Positions 25,901 to 39,756 of a stretch of 64,000 bases of DNA are shown here, one piece after another; position 1 is the stretch's first letter; every line of letters starts with the position of its first letter. The stretch is from Eledone cirrhosa (Eukaryota), in NCBI GenBank assembly GCA_964016885.1, contig OZ024744.1, positions 92,566,001-92,630,000 of the forward strand, in the 5' to 3' direction. The translations under genes and the position numbers were made by a program. The notes under the pieces are model-generated. The model was not told the origin of the DNA, did no database searches, and saw only the letters and a program-made list of their open reading frames with translations.

Positions 25901-28900
25901 TTGGTCTACCTCTACTGTGTCTTCCTTGGGATATTTCCTGGCACTTCTTCACCACCTCTGCCCAGGTCTTCCTTAGTCTACCTCTACTGTGGCTTCCTTC
26001 CACTGGGTTATTTCCTGGCCCGTCTTCACCACCTCTGCCCAGGTCTTCCTTGGTCTACCTCTACTGTGTCTTCCTTCCACTGGGTTATTTCCTGGCCCGT
26101 CTTCACCACCTCTGCCCAGGTCTTCCTTGGTCTACCTCTAATGTGGCTTCCTTCCATTGGGATATTTCCTGGCACTTCTTCACCACCTCTGCCCAGGTCT
26201 TCCTTGGTCTACCTCTACTGTGTCTTCCTTCCACTGGGTTATTTCCTGGCACTTCTTCACCACCTCAGCCCAGGTCTTCCTTGGTCTACCTCTACTATGT
26301 CTTCCTTCCACTGGGATATTTCCTGGCACTTCTTCACCACCTCTGCCCAGGTCTTCCTTGGTCTACCTCTACTGCAGCTTCCTTCCACTGACATTTCCTG
26401 GCACTTCTTCACCACCTCTGCCCAGGTCTTCCTTAGTCTACCTCTACTGTGGCTTCCTTCCACTGGGTAATTTCCTGGCCCGTCTTCACCACCTCTGCCC
26501 AGGTCTTCCTTGGTCTACCACTACTGTGGCTTCCTTCCACTGGGTTATTTCCTGGCACTTCTTCACCACCTCAACCCAGGTCTTCCTTAGTCTACCTCTA
26601 CTGTGGCTTCCTTCCACTGGGTTATTTCCTGGCCCGTCTTCACCACCTCTGCCCAGGTCTTCCTTGGTCTACCTCTACTGTGTCTTCCTTCCACTGGGTT
26701 ATTTCCTGGCCCGTCTTCACCACCTCTGCCCAGGTCTTCCTTGGTCTACCTCTACTGTGGCTTCCTTCCACTGGGATATTTCCTGGCACTTCTTCACCAC
26801 CTCAGCCCAGGTCTTCCTTTGTCTACCTCTACTGTGGCTTCCTTCCACTGGGTTATTTCCTGGCCCGTCTTCACCACCTCTGCCCAGGTCTTCCTTGGTC
26901 TACCTCTACTGTGTCTTCCTTCCACTGGGATATTTCCTGGCACTTCTTCACCACCTCTGCCCAGGTCTTCCTTGGTCTACCTCTACTGTGTCTTCCTTGG
27001 GATATTTCCTGGCACTTCTTCACCACCTCTGCCCAGGTCTTCCTTAGTCTACCTCTACTGTGGCTTCCTTCCACTGGGTAATTTCCTGGCCCGTCTTCAC
27101 CACCTCTGCCCAGGTCTTCCTTGGTCTACCACTACTGTGGCTTCCTTCCACTGGGTTATTTCCTGGCACTTCTTCACCACCTCAGCCCAGGTCTTCCTTA
27201 GTCTACCTCTACTGTGGCTTCCTTCCACTGGGTTATTTCCTGGCCCGTCTTCACCACCTCTGCCCAGGTCTTCCTTGGTCTACCTCTACTGTGCCTTCCT
27301 TCCACTGGGTTATTTCCTGGCCCGTCTTCACCACCTCTGCCCAGGTCTTCCTTGGTCTACCTCTACTGTGGCTTCCTTCCACTGGGATATTTCCTGGCAC
27401 TTCTTCACCACCTCAGCCCAGGTCTTCCTTTGTCTACCTCTACTGTGGCTTCCTTCCACTGGGTTATTTCCTGGCCCGTCTTCACCACCTCTGCCCAGGT
27501 CTTCCTTGGTCTACCTCTACTGTGTCTTCCTTCCACTGGGATATTTCCTGGCACTTCTTCACCACCTCTGCCCAGGTCTTCCTTTGTCTACCTCTACTGT
27601 GTCTTCCTTCCACTGGGATATTTCCTGGCACTTCTTCACCACCTCTGCCCAGGTCTTCCTTAGTCTACCTCTACTGTGTCTTCCTTCCACTGGGTTATTC
27701 CCTGGCACTTCTTCACCACCTCTGCCCAGGTCTTCCTTGGTCTACCTCTACTGCAGCTTCCTTCCACTGGGATATTTCCTGGCACTTCTTCACCACCTCT
27801 GCCCAGGTCTTCCTTGGTCTACCTCTACTGCAGCTTCCTTCCACTGACATTTCCTGGTACTTCTTCACCACCTCTGCCCAGGTCTTCCTTGGTCTACCTG
27901 TACTGCAGCTTCCTTCCACTGACATTTCCTGGCACTTCTTCACCACCTGTGCCCAGGTCTTCCTTGGTCTACCTGTACTGTGGCTTCCTTCCACTGGATT
28001 ATTTCCTGGCACTTCTTCACCACCTCTGCCCAGGTCTTCCTTGGTCTACCTCTACTGTGTCTTCCTTCCACTGGGTTATTTCCTAGCCCGTCTTCATCAT
28101 CTCTACCCAGGTCTTCCTTGGTCTACCTCTACTGTGTTTTCCTTCCACTGGGTTATTTCCTGGCCCTTCTTCACCACCTTTGCCCAGGTCTTCCTTGGTC
28201 TACCTCTACTGTGTCTTCCTTCCACTGGGATATTTCCTGGCCCATCTTCACCATCTCTGCTCTGGTCTTCCTTGGTCTACCTCTACTGCAGCTTCCTTCC
28301 ACTGGGATATTTCCTGGCACTTCTTCACCACCTCTGCCCAGGTCTTCCTTAGTCTACCTCTACTGTGTCTTCCTTCCACTGGGTTATTCCCTGGCCCATC
28401 TTCACCATCTCTGCCCTGGTCTTCCTTGGTCTACCTCTACTGTGGCTTCCTTCCACTGGGTTATTTCCTGCCCCTTCTTCACCACCTCTGCCCAGGTCTT
28501 CCTTGGTCTACCTCTACTGTGGCTTCCTTCTACTGGGTTATTTCCTGGCCCTTCTTCACCACCTTTGCCCAGGTCTTCCTTGGTCTACCTCTACTGTGTC
28601 TTCCTTCCACTGGGTTATTTCCTGGCCCATCTTCACCATCTCTGCCCTGGTCTTCCTTGGTCTACCTCTACTGCAGCTTCCTTCCACTGGGTTATTTCCT
28701 GGCACTTCTTCACCACCTCTTCCCAGGTCTTCCTTGGTCTACCTCTACTGTGTCTTCCTTCCACTGGGTTATTTCCTGACCCATCTTCACCATCTCTGCC
28801 CTGGTCTTCCTTGGTCTACCCCTACTGTGGCTTCCTTCCACTGGGTTATTTCCTGCCCCTTCTTCACCACCTCTGCCCAGGTCTTCCTTGGTCTACCTCT

Positions 28901-31900
28901 ACTGTGGCTTCCTCCCATGGGTTATTTCCTGGCCCTTCTTCCCCACCTCAGCCCAGGTCTTCCTTGGTCTACCTCGACTGTGGCTTCCTTCCACTGGGTT
29001 ATTTCCTGGCACTTCTTCACCACCTCTGCCCAGGTCTTCCTTGGTCTACCTCTACTGTGGCTTCCTTCCACTGGGTTATTTCCTGGCCCTTCTTCACCAC
29101 CTCTGCCCAGGTCTTCCTTGGTCTACCTCGACTGTGGCTTCCTTCCACTGGGTTATTTCCTGGCCCGTCTTCACCATCTCTGCCCTGGTCTTCCTTGGTC
29201 TACCTCTACTGTGGCTTCCTTCCACTGGGTCATTTCCTGCCCCTTCTTCACCACCTCTGCCCTGGTCTTCCTTGGTCTACCTCTACTGTGGCTTCCTTCC
29301 ACTGGGTTATTTCCTGCCCCTTCTTCACCACCTCTGCCCTGGTCTTCCTTGGTCTACCTCTACTGTGGCTTCCTTCCACTGGGTTATTTCCTGCCCCTTC
29401 TTCACCACCTCTGCCCAGGTCTTCCTTAGTCTACCTCTACTGTGGCTTCCTTCCATTGGGTTATTTCCTGCCCCTTCTTCACCACCTCTGCCCAGGTCTT
29501 CCTTGGTCTACCTCGACTGTGGCTTCCTTCCACTGGGTTATTTCCTGGCACTTCTTCACCACCTCTGCCCAGGTCTTCCTTGGTCTACCTCTACTGTGGC
29601 TTCCTTCCACTGGGTTATTTCCTGGCCTGTCTTCACCAGCTCTGCCCAGGTCTTCCTTAGTCTACCTCTACTGTGTCTTCCTTCCACTGGGATATTTCCT
29701 GGCACTTCTTCACCACCTCTACCCAGGTCTTCCTTGGTCTACCTCTACTGTGGCTTCCTTCCACTGGGTTATTTCCTGGCCCGTCTTCACCATCTCTGCC
29801 CTGGTCTTCCTTGGTCTACCTCTACTGTGTCTTCCTTCCACTGGGTTATTTCCTGGCCCGTCTTCACCACCTCTGCCCAGGTCTTCCTTGGTCTACCTCT
29901 ATTGTGGCTTCCTTCAACTGGGTTATTTCCTGGCCCGTCTTCACCACCTCTGCCCTGGTCTTCCTTGGTCTACCTCTACTGTGTCTTCCTTCCACTGGGT
30001 TATTTCCTGGCACTTCTTCACCACCTCTGCCCTGGTCTTCCTTGGTCTACCTGTACTGTGTCTTCCTTCCACTGGGTTATTTCCTGGAACTTCTTCACCA
30101 CATCTGCCCAGGTCTTCCTTGGTCTACCTCTACTGTGTCTTCCTTCCACTGGGATATTTCCTGGCTCTTCTTCACCACCTCTGCCCAGGTCTTTCTTGGT
30201 CTACCTCTACTGTGTCTTCCTTCCACTGGGATATTTCTTGGCCCATCTTCACCACCTCTGCCCAGGTCTTCCTTGGTCTACCTCTACTGTGTCTTCCTTC
30301 CACTGGGTTATTTCCTGGCCCTTCTTCACCACCTCTGCCCAGGTTTTCCTTGGTCTACCTCTACTGTGTCTTCCTTCCACTGGGATATTTCCTGGCACTT
30401 CTTCACCACCTCTGCCCAGGTCTTCCTTTGTCTACCTCTACTGTGTCTTCCTTCCACTGGGATATTTCCTGGCACTTCTTCACCACCTCTTCCCAGGTCT
30501 TCCTTGGTCTACCTCTACTGTGGCTTCCTTCCACTGGGTTATTTCCTGGCCCGTCTTCACCATCTCTGCCCTGGTCTTCCTTGGTCTACCTTTACTGTGT
30601 CTTCCTTCCACTGGGTTATTTCCTGACCCGTCTTCACCACCTCTGCCCAGGTCTTCCTTGGTCTACCTCTACTGCAGCTTCCTTCCACTGACATTTCCTG
30701 GTACTTCTTCACCACCTCTGCCCAGGTCTTCCTTGGTCTACCTGTACTGCAGCTTCCTTCCACTGACATTTCCTGGCACTTCTTCACCACCTCTGCCCAG
30801 GTCTTCCTTGGTCTACCTCTACTGTGGCTTCCTTCCACTGGATTATTTCCTGGCACTTCTTCACCACCTCTGCCCAGGTCTTCCTTGGTCTACCTCTACT
30901 GTGTCTTCCTTCCACTGGGTTATTTCCTAGCCCGTCTTCATCATCTCTACCCAGGTCTTCCTTGGTCTACCTCTACTGTGTTTTCCTTCCACTGGGTTAT
31001 TTCCTGGCCCGTCTTCACCACCTCTACCCAGGTCTTCCTTGGTCTACCTCTACTGTGTCTTCCTTCCACTGGGTTATTTCCTGGCCCGTCTTCACCACCT
31101 CTGCCCAGGTCTTCCTTGGTCTACCTCTCCTGTGGCTTCCTTCCACTGGGATATTTCCTGGAACTTCTTCACCACATCTGCCCAGGTCTTCCTTGGTCTA
31201 CCTCTACTGTGGCTTCCTTCCACTGGGATATTTCCTGGCACTTCTTCACCACCTCTGCCCAGGTCTTCCTTGGTCTACCTCTACTGTGTCTTCCTTCCAC
31301 TGGGATATTTCCTGGCTCTTCTTCACCACCTCTGCCCAGGTCTTTCTTGGTCTACCTCTACTGTGTCTTCCTTCCACTGGGATATTTCTTGGCCCGTCTT
31401 CACCACCTCTGCCCAGGTCTTCCTTGGTCTACCTCTACTGTGTCTTCCTTCCACTGGGTTATTTCCTGGCCCTTCTTCACCACCTCTGCCCAGGTTTTCC
31501 TTGGTCTACCTCTACTGTGTCTTCCTTCCACTGGGATATTTCCTGGCACTTCTTCACCACCTCTGCCCTGGTCTTCCTTGGTCTACCTCTACTGTGTCTT
31601 CCTTCCACTGGGTTATTTCCTGGCCCGTCTTCACCACCTCTGCCCAGGTCTTCCTTGGTCTACCTCTACTGTGGCTTCCTTCCACTGGGTTATTTCCTGG
31701 CCCGTCTTCACCACCTCTGCCCTGGTCTTCCTTGGTCTACCTCTACTTTGTCTTCCTTCCACTGGGTTATTTCCTGGCACTTCTTCACCACCTCTGCCCA
31801 GGTCTTCCTTGGTCTACCTCTACTGTGTCTTCCTTCCACTGGGATATTTCTTGGCCCGTCTTCACCACCTCTGCCCAGGTTTTCCTTGGTCTACCTCTAC

Positions 31901-34900
31901 TGTGTCTTCCTTCCACTGGGTTATTTCCTGGCCCTTCTTCACCATCTCAGCCCAGGTTTTCCTTGGTCTACCTCTACTGTGTCTTCCTTCCACTGGGATA
32001 TTTCCTGGCACTTCTTCACCACCTCTGCCCTGGTCTTCTTTGGTCTACCTCTACTGTGTCTTCCTTCCACTGGGTTATTTCCTGGCCCGTCTTCACCACC
32101 TCTGCCCAGGTCTTCCTTGGTCTACCTCTATTGTGGCTTCCTTCCACTGGGTTATTTCCTGGCCCGTCTTCACCAACTCTGCCCTGGTCTTCTTTGGTCT
32201 ACCTCTACTGTGTCTTCCTTCCACTGGGTTATTTCCTGGCACTTCTTCACCACCTCTGCCCAGGTCTTCCTTGGTCTACCTCTACTGTGTCTTCCTTCCA
32301 CTGGGTTATTTCCTGGCCCGTCTTCATCATCTCTACCCTGGTCTTCCTTGGACTACCTGTACTGTGTCTTCCTTCCACTGGGTTATTTCCTGGAACTTCT
32401 TCACCACATCTGCCCAGGTCTTCCTTGGTCTACCTCTACTGTGGCTTCCTTCCACTGGGTTATTTCCTGGCACTTCTTCACCACCTCTGCCCAGGTCTTC
32501 CTTGGTCTACCTCTACTGTGTCTTCCTTCCACTGGGATATTTCCTGGCTCTTCTTCACCACCTCTGCCCAGGTCTTTCTTGGTCTACCTCTACTGTGTCT
32601 TCCTTCCACTGGAATATTTCTTGGCCCATCTTCACCACCTCTGCCCAGGTCTTCCTTGGTCTCCCTCTACTGTGTCTTCCTTCTACTGGGTTATTTCCTG
32701 GCCCTTCTTCACCACCTTTGCCCAGGTCTTCCTTGGTCTACCTCTACTGTGTCTTCCTTCCACTGGGTTATTTCCTGGCCCATCTTCACCATCTCTGCCC
32801 TGGTCTTCCTTGGTCTACCTCTACTGCAGCTTCCTTCCACTGGGTTATTTCCTGGCACTTCTTCACCACCTCTTCCCAGGTCTTCCTTGGTCTACCTCTA
32901 CTGTGTCTTCCTTCCACTGGGTTATTTCCTGACCCATCTTCACCATCTCTGCCCTGGTCTTCCTTGGTCTACCCCTACTGTGGCTTCCTTCCACTGGGTT
33001 ATTTCCTGCCCCTTCTTCACCACCTCTGCCCAGGTCTTCCTTGGTCTACCTCTACTGTGGCTTCCTCCCATGGGTTATTTCCTGGCCCTTCTTCACCACC
33101 TCAGCCCAGGTCTTCCTTGGTCTACCTCGACTGTGGCTTCCTTCCACTGGGTTATTTCCTGGCACTTCTTCACCACCTCTGCCCAGGTCTTCCTTGGTCT
33201 ACCTCTACTGTGGCTTCCTTCCACTGGGTTATTTCCTGGCCCTTCTTCACCACCTCTGCCCAGGTCTTCCTTGGTCTACCTCGACTGTGGCTTCCTTCCA
33301 CTGGGTTATTTCCTGGCCCGTCTTCACCATCTCTGCCCTGGTCTTCCTTGGTCTACCTCTACTGTGGCTTCCTTCCACTGGGTCATTTCCTGCCCCTTCT
33401 TCACCACCTCTGCCCTGGTCTTCCTTGGTCTACCTCTACTGTGGCTTCCTTCCACTGGGTTATTTCCTGCCCCTTCTTCACCACCTCTGCCCTGGTCTTC
33501 CTTGGTCTACCTCTACTGTGGCTTCCTTCCACTGGGTTATTTCCTGCCCCTTCTTCACCACCTCTGCCCAGGTCTTCCTTAGTCTACCTCTACTGTGGCT
33601 TCCTTCCATTGGGTTATTTCCTGCCCCTTCTTCACCACCTCTGCCCAGGTCTTCCTTGGTCTACCTCGACTGTGGCTTCCTTCCACTGGGTTATTTCCTG
33701 GCACTTCTTCACCACCTCTGCCCAGGTCTTCCTTGGTCTACCTCTACTGTGGCTTCCTTCCACTGGGTTATTTCCTGGCCTGTCTTCACCAGCTCTGCCC
33801 AGGTCTTCCTTAGTCTACCTCTACTGTGTCTTCCTTCCACTGGGATATTTCCTGGCACTTCTTCACCACCTCTACCCAGGTCTTCCTTGGTCTACCTCTA
33901 CTGTGGCTTCCTTCCACTGGGTTATTTCCTGGCCCGTCTTCACCATCTCTGCCCTGGTCTTCCTTGGTCTACCTCTACTGTGTCTTCCTTCCACTGGGTT
34001 ATTTCCTGGCCCGTCTTCACCACCTCTGCCCAGGTCTTCCTTGGTCTACCTCTATTGTGGCTTCCTTCAACTGGGTTATTTCCTGGCCCGTCTTCACCAC
34101 CTCTGCCCTGGTCTTCCTTGGTCTACCTCTACTGTGTCTTCCTTCCACTGGGTTATTTCCTGGCACTTCTTCACCACCTCTGCCCTGGTCTTCCTTGGTC
34201 TACCTGTACTGTGTCTTCCTTCCACTGGGTTATTTCCTGGAACTTCTTCACCACATCTGCCCAGGTCTTCCTTGGTCTACCTCTACTGTGGCTTCCTTCC
34301 ACTGGGTTATTTCCTGGCACTTCTTCACCACCTCTGCCCAGGTCTTCCTTGGTCTACCTCTACTGTGTCTTCCTTCCACTGGGATATTTCCTGGCTCTTC
34401 TTCACCACCTCTGCCCAGGTCTTTCTTGGTCTACCTCTACTGTGTCTTCCTTCCACTGGGATATTTCTTGGCCCATCTTCACCACCTCTGCCCAGGTCTT
34501 CCTTGGTCTACCTCTACTGTGTCTTCCTTCCACTGGGTTATTTCCTGGCCCTTCTTCACCACCTCTGCCCAGGTTTTCCTTGGTCTACCTCTACTGTGTC
34601 TTCCTTCCACTGGGATATTTCCTGGCACTTCTTCACCACCTCTGCCCAGGTCTTCCTTTGTCTACCTCTACTGTGTCTTCCTTCCACTGGGATATTTCCT
34701 GGCACTTCTTCACCACCTCTTCCCAGGTCTTCCTTGGTCTACCTCTACTGTGGCTTCCTTCCACTGGGTTATTTCCTGGCCCGTCTTCACCATCTCTGCC
34801 CTGGTCTTCCTTGGTCTACCTTTACTGTGTCTTCCTTCCACTGGGTTATTTCCTGACCCGTCTTCACCACCTCTGCCCAGGTCTTCCTTGGTCTACCTCT

Positions 34901-37900
34901 ACTGCAGCTTCCTTCCACTGACATTTCCTGGTACTTCTTCACCACCTCTGCCCAGGTCTTCCTTGGTCTACCTGTACTGCAGCTTCCTTCCACTGACATT
35001 TCCTGGCACTTCTTCACCACCTCTGCCCAGGTCTTCCTTGGTCTACCTCTACTGTGGCTTCCTTCCACTGGATTATTTCCTGGCACTTCTTCACCACCTC
35101 TGCCCAGGTCTTCCTTGGTCTACCTCTACTGTGTCTTCCTTCCACTGGGTTATTTCCTAGCCCGTCTTCATCATCTCTACCCAGGTCTTCCTTGGTCTAC
35201 CTCTACTGTGTTTTCCTTCCACTGGGTTATTTCCTGGCCCGTCTTCACCACCTCTACCCAGGTCTTCCTTGGTCTACCTCTACTGTGTCTTCCTTCCACT
35301 GGGTTATTTCCTGGCCCGTCTTCACCACCTCTGCCCAGGTCTTCCTTGGTCTACCTCTCCTGTGGCTTCCTTCCACTGGGATATTTCCTGGAACTTCTTC
35401 ACCACATCTGCCCAGGTCTTCCTTGGTCTACCTCTACTGTGGCTTCCTTCCACTGGGATATTTCCTGGCACTTCTTCACCACCTCTGCCCAGGTCTTCCT
35501 TGGTCTACCTCTACTGTGTCTTCCTTCCACTGGGATATTTCCTGGCTCTTCTTCACCACCTCTGCCCAGGTCTTTCTTGGTCTACCTCTACTGTGTCTTC
35601 CTTCCACTGGGATATTTCTTGGCCCGTCTTCACCACCTCTGCCCAGGTCTTCCTTGGTCTACCTCTACTGTGTCTTCCTTCCACTGGGTTATTTCCTGGC
35701 CCTTCTTCACCACCTCTGCCCAGGTTTTCCTTGGTCTACCTCTACTGTGTCTTCCTTCCACTGGGATATTTCCTGGCACTTCTTCACCACCTCTGCCCTG
35801 GTCTTCCTTGGTCTACCTCTACTGTGTCTTCCTTCCACTGGGTTATTTCCTGGCCCGTCTTCACCACCTCTGCCCAGGTCTTCCTTGGTCTACCTCTACT
35901 GTGGCTTCCTTCCACTGGGTTATTTCCTGGCCCGTCTTCACCACCTCTGCCCTGGTCTTCCTTGGTCTACCTCTACTTTGTCTTCCTTCCACTGGGTTAT
36001 TTCCTGGCACTTCTTCACCACCTCTGCCCAGGTCTTCCTTGGTCTACCTCTACTGTGTCTTCCTTCCACTGGGATATTTCTTGGCCCGTCTTCACCACCT
36101 CTGCCCAGGTCTTCCTTGGTCTACCTCTACTGTGTCTTCCTTCCACTGGGTTATTTCCTGGCCCTTCTTCACCATCTCAGCCCAGGTTTTCCTTGGTCTA
36201 CCTCTACTGTGTCTTCCTTCCACTGGGATATTTCCTGGCACTTCTTCACCACCTCTGCCCTGGTCTTCTTTGGTCTACCTCTACTGTGTCTTCCTTCCAC
36301 TGGGTTATTTCCTGGCCCGTCTTCACCACCTCTGCCCAGGTCTTCCTTGGTCTACCTCTATTGTGGCTTCCTTCCACTGGGTTATTTCCTGGCCCGTCTT
36401 CACCAACTCTGCCCTGGTCTTCTTTGGTCTACCTCTACTGTGTCTTCCTTCCACTGGGTTATTTCCTGGCACTTCTTCACCACCTCTGCCCAGGTCTTCC
36501 TTGGTCTACCTCTACTGTGTCTTCCTTCCACTGGGTTATTTCCTGGCCCGTCTTCATCATCTCTACCCTGGTCTTCCTTGGACTACCTGTACTGTGTCTT
36601 CCTTCCACTGGGTTATTTCCTGGAACTTCTTCACCACATCTGCCCAGGTCTTCCTTGGTCTACCTCTACTGTGGCTTCCTTCCACTGGGTTATTTCCTGG
36701 CACTTCTTCACCACCTCTGCCCAGGTCTTCCTTGGTCTACCTCTACTGTGTCTTCCTTCCACTGGGATATTTCCTGGCTCTTCTTCACCACCTCTGCCCA
36801 GGTCTTTCTTGGTCTACCTCTACTGTGTCTTCCTTCCACTGGAATATTTCTTGGCCCATCTTCACCACCTCTGCCCAGGTCTTCCTTGGTCTCCCTCTAC
36901 TGTGTCTTCCTTCCACTGGGTTATTTCCTGGCCCTTCTTCACCACCTCTGCCCAGGTTTTCCTTGGTCTACCTCTACTGTGTCTTCCTTCCACTGGGATA
37001 TTTCCTGGCACTTCTTTACCACCTCTGCCCAGGTCTTCCTTTGTCTACCTCTACTGTGTCTTCCTTCCACTGGGATATTTCCTGGCACTTCTTCACCACC
37101 TCTGCCCAGGTCTTCCTTAGTCTACCTCTACTGTGTCTTCCTTCCACTGGGTTATTCCCTGGCACTTCTTCACCACCTCTGCCCAGGTCTTCCTTGGTCT
37201 ACCTCTACTGCAGCTTCCTTCCACTGGGATATTTCCTGGCACTTCTTCACCACCTCTGCCCAGGTCTTCCTTGGTCTACCTCTACTGCAGCTTCCTTCCA
37301 CTGACATTTCCTGGTACTTCTTCACCACCTCTGCCCAGGTCTTCCTTGGTCTACCTGTACTGCAGCTTCCTTCCACTGACATTTCCTGGCACTTCTTCAC
37401 CACCTCTGCCCAGGTCTTCCTTGGTCTACCTCTACTGTGTCTTCCTTCCACTGAGTTATTTCCTAGCCCGTCTTCATCATCTCTACCCAGGTCTTCCTTG
37501 GTCTACCTCTACTGTGTTTTCCTTCCACTGGGTTATTTCCTGGCCCGTCTTCACCACCTCTACCCAGGTCTTCCTTGGTCTACCTCTACTGTGTCTTCCT
37601 TCCACTGGGTTATTTCCTGGCCCGTCTTCACCACCTCTGCCCAGGTCTTCCTTGGTCTACCTCTCCTGTGGCTTCCTTCCAATGGGATATTTCCTGGAAC
37701 TTCTTCACCACATCTGCCCAGGTCTTCCTTGGTCTACCTCTACTGTGGCTTCCTTCCACTGGGTTATTTCCTGGCACTTCTTCACCACCTCTGCCCAGGT
37801 CTTCCTTGGTCTACCTCTACTGTGTCTTCCTTCCACTGGGATATTTCCTGGCTCTTCTTCACCACCTCTGCCCAGGTCTTTCTTGGTCTACCTCTACTGT

Positions 37901-39322
37901 GTCTTCCTTCCACTGGGATATTTCTTGGCCCGTCTTCACCACCTCTGCCCAGGTCTTCCTTGGTCTACCTCTACTGTGTCTTCCTTCCACTGGGTTATTT
38001 CCTGGCCCTTCTTCACCACCTCTGCCCAGGTTTTCCTTGGTCTACCTCTACTGTGTCTTCCTTCCACTGGGATATTTCTTGGCCCGTCTTCACCACCTCT
38101 GCCCAGGTCTTCCTTGGTCTACCTCTACTGTGTCTTCCTTCCACTGGGTTATTTCCTGGCCCTTCTTCACCACCTCTGCCCAGGTTTTCCTTGGTCTACC
38201 TCTACTGTGTCTTCCTTCCACTGGGATATTTCCTGGCACTTCTTCACCACCTCTTCCCAGGTCTTCCTTGGTCTACCTCTACTGTGGTTTCCTTCCACTG
38301 GGTTATTTCCTGGCCCGTCTTCACCATCTCTGCCCTGGTCTTCCTTGGTCTACCTCTACTGTGTCTTCCTTCCACTGGGTTATTTCCTGGCCCGTCTTCA
38401 CCACCTCTGCCCAGGTCTTCCTTGGTCTACCTCTACTGTGGCTTTCTTCCACTGGGTTATTTCCTGGCACTTCTACACCACCTCTGCCCAGGTCTTCCTT
38501 GGTCTACCTCTACTGTGGTTTCCTTCCACTGGGTTATTTCCTGGCCCGTCTTCACCATCTCTGCCCTGGTCTTCCTTGGTCTACCTCTACCATGTCTTCC
38601 TTCCACTGGGTTATTTCCTAGCCCGTCTTCACCACCTCTGCCCAGATCTTCCTTGGTTTACCTCTACTGCAGCTTCCTTCCACTGACATTTCCTGGCATT
38701 TCTTCACCACCTCTGCCCAGGTCTTCCTTGGTCTACCTCTACTGCAGCTTCCTTCCACTGACATTTCCTGGCACTTCTTCACCACCTCTGCCCAGGTGTT
38801 CCTTGGTCTACCTCTACTGTGTTTTCCTTCCACTGGGTTATTTCCTGGCCCGTCTTCACCACCTCTACCCAGGTCTTCCTTGGTCTACCTCTACTGTGTC
38901 TTCCTTCCACTGGGTTATTTCCTGGCCCGTCTTCACCACCTCAGCCCAGGTCTTCCTTGGTCTACCTCTACTGTGCCTTCCTTCCACTGGGTTATTTCCT
39001 GGCCCGTCTTCACCACCTCTACCCAGGTCTTCCTTGGTCTACCTCTACTGTGTCTTCCTTCCACTGGGTTATTTCCTGGCCCGTCTTCACCACCTCTACC
39101 CAGGTCTTCCTTGGTCTACCTCTACTGTGTTTTCCTTCCACTGGGTTATTTCCTGGCCCGTCTTCACCACCTCTACCCAGGTCTTCCTTGGTCTACCTCT
39201 ACTGTGTCTTCCTTCCACTGGGTTATTTCCTGGCCCGTCTTCACCACCTCTACCCAGGTCTTCCTTGGTCTACCTCTACTGTATCTTCCTTCCACTGGGT
39301 TATTTCCTGGCCCGTCTTCACC
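16991..39322. repeat. ~22.3 kb satellite array (~290 units of 75/77/72 bp) derived from the RTE ORF C-terminus
   Basis: Unit CACCACCTCTGCCCAGGTCTTCCTTGGTCTACCTCTACTG..CTTCCTTCCACTG(ACA/GGTTA)TTTCCTGGCACTTCTT. The 75-mers read KKCQEMSVEGSCSRGRPRKTWAEVV on minus, matching RTE KKHQEMPVEGRRGRGRPRKTWAEVV at 49763-49842. Confidence 0.97.
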
Positions 39323-39539
39323 CAGCGACTATCATGCATTTGCATCACAAAACTATGAATGTTGTACAATATGACATACATGGAGAGAGAGAGAAGGGGA
39401 AGGGGAGAGAGTGACAAGGAGAGAGCGGGAGAGATGGAGGAAGAGAGAAGGGGAGAAATGAGAATGAGGGGGCAAGAGAGAGAGAAAGAGAGAGAGAGAG
39501 AGTGTTTATCTCAGTTCATCCAAGCACTGTTGTTCTCTA

Positions 39540-39735
39540 ATATTAACATTGCACATCCATTGAAGCATGTTTGTTTCATTTCTCTTCAGCCTGCACACGT
39601 CCTCTGCAGTGGCAGCCCACATTTCAGATCCATGCATCATACAGTCATCCATTTATTTGTACATAGGGAGAAACTTTTTGCTGTCAACAGAAGGGGTAGC
39701 TCTCTTAACATCTTCCATCCATATCCTTATTGTAG
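39540..39735 (-). mobile_element. Old, degenerate RTE ORF fragment
   Basis: Colinear similarity to 40110-40295 and 49970-50180 (ACATTGCACATCCATTGAAGCATG...GAGAAAC...TCAACAGAAGGGGTAGCTC). Confidence 0.6.
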
Positions 39736-39756
39736 TTATTATTCTCTCAGAGACCC

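Noticed and set aside
16991-39322. CRISPR-like array
   Set aside because: There are no unique spacers, monomers are contiguous, no cas genes are present, and the context is eukaryotic.
16995-39414. Dozens of long plus-strand ORFs (up to 1381 aa, rich in L/S/P/F)
   Set aside because: This is the antisense strand of the satellite. It is stop-poor in all three frames, and the same three peptides cycle with the 77-bp period.
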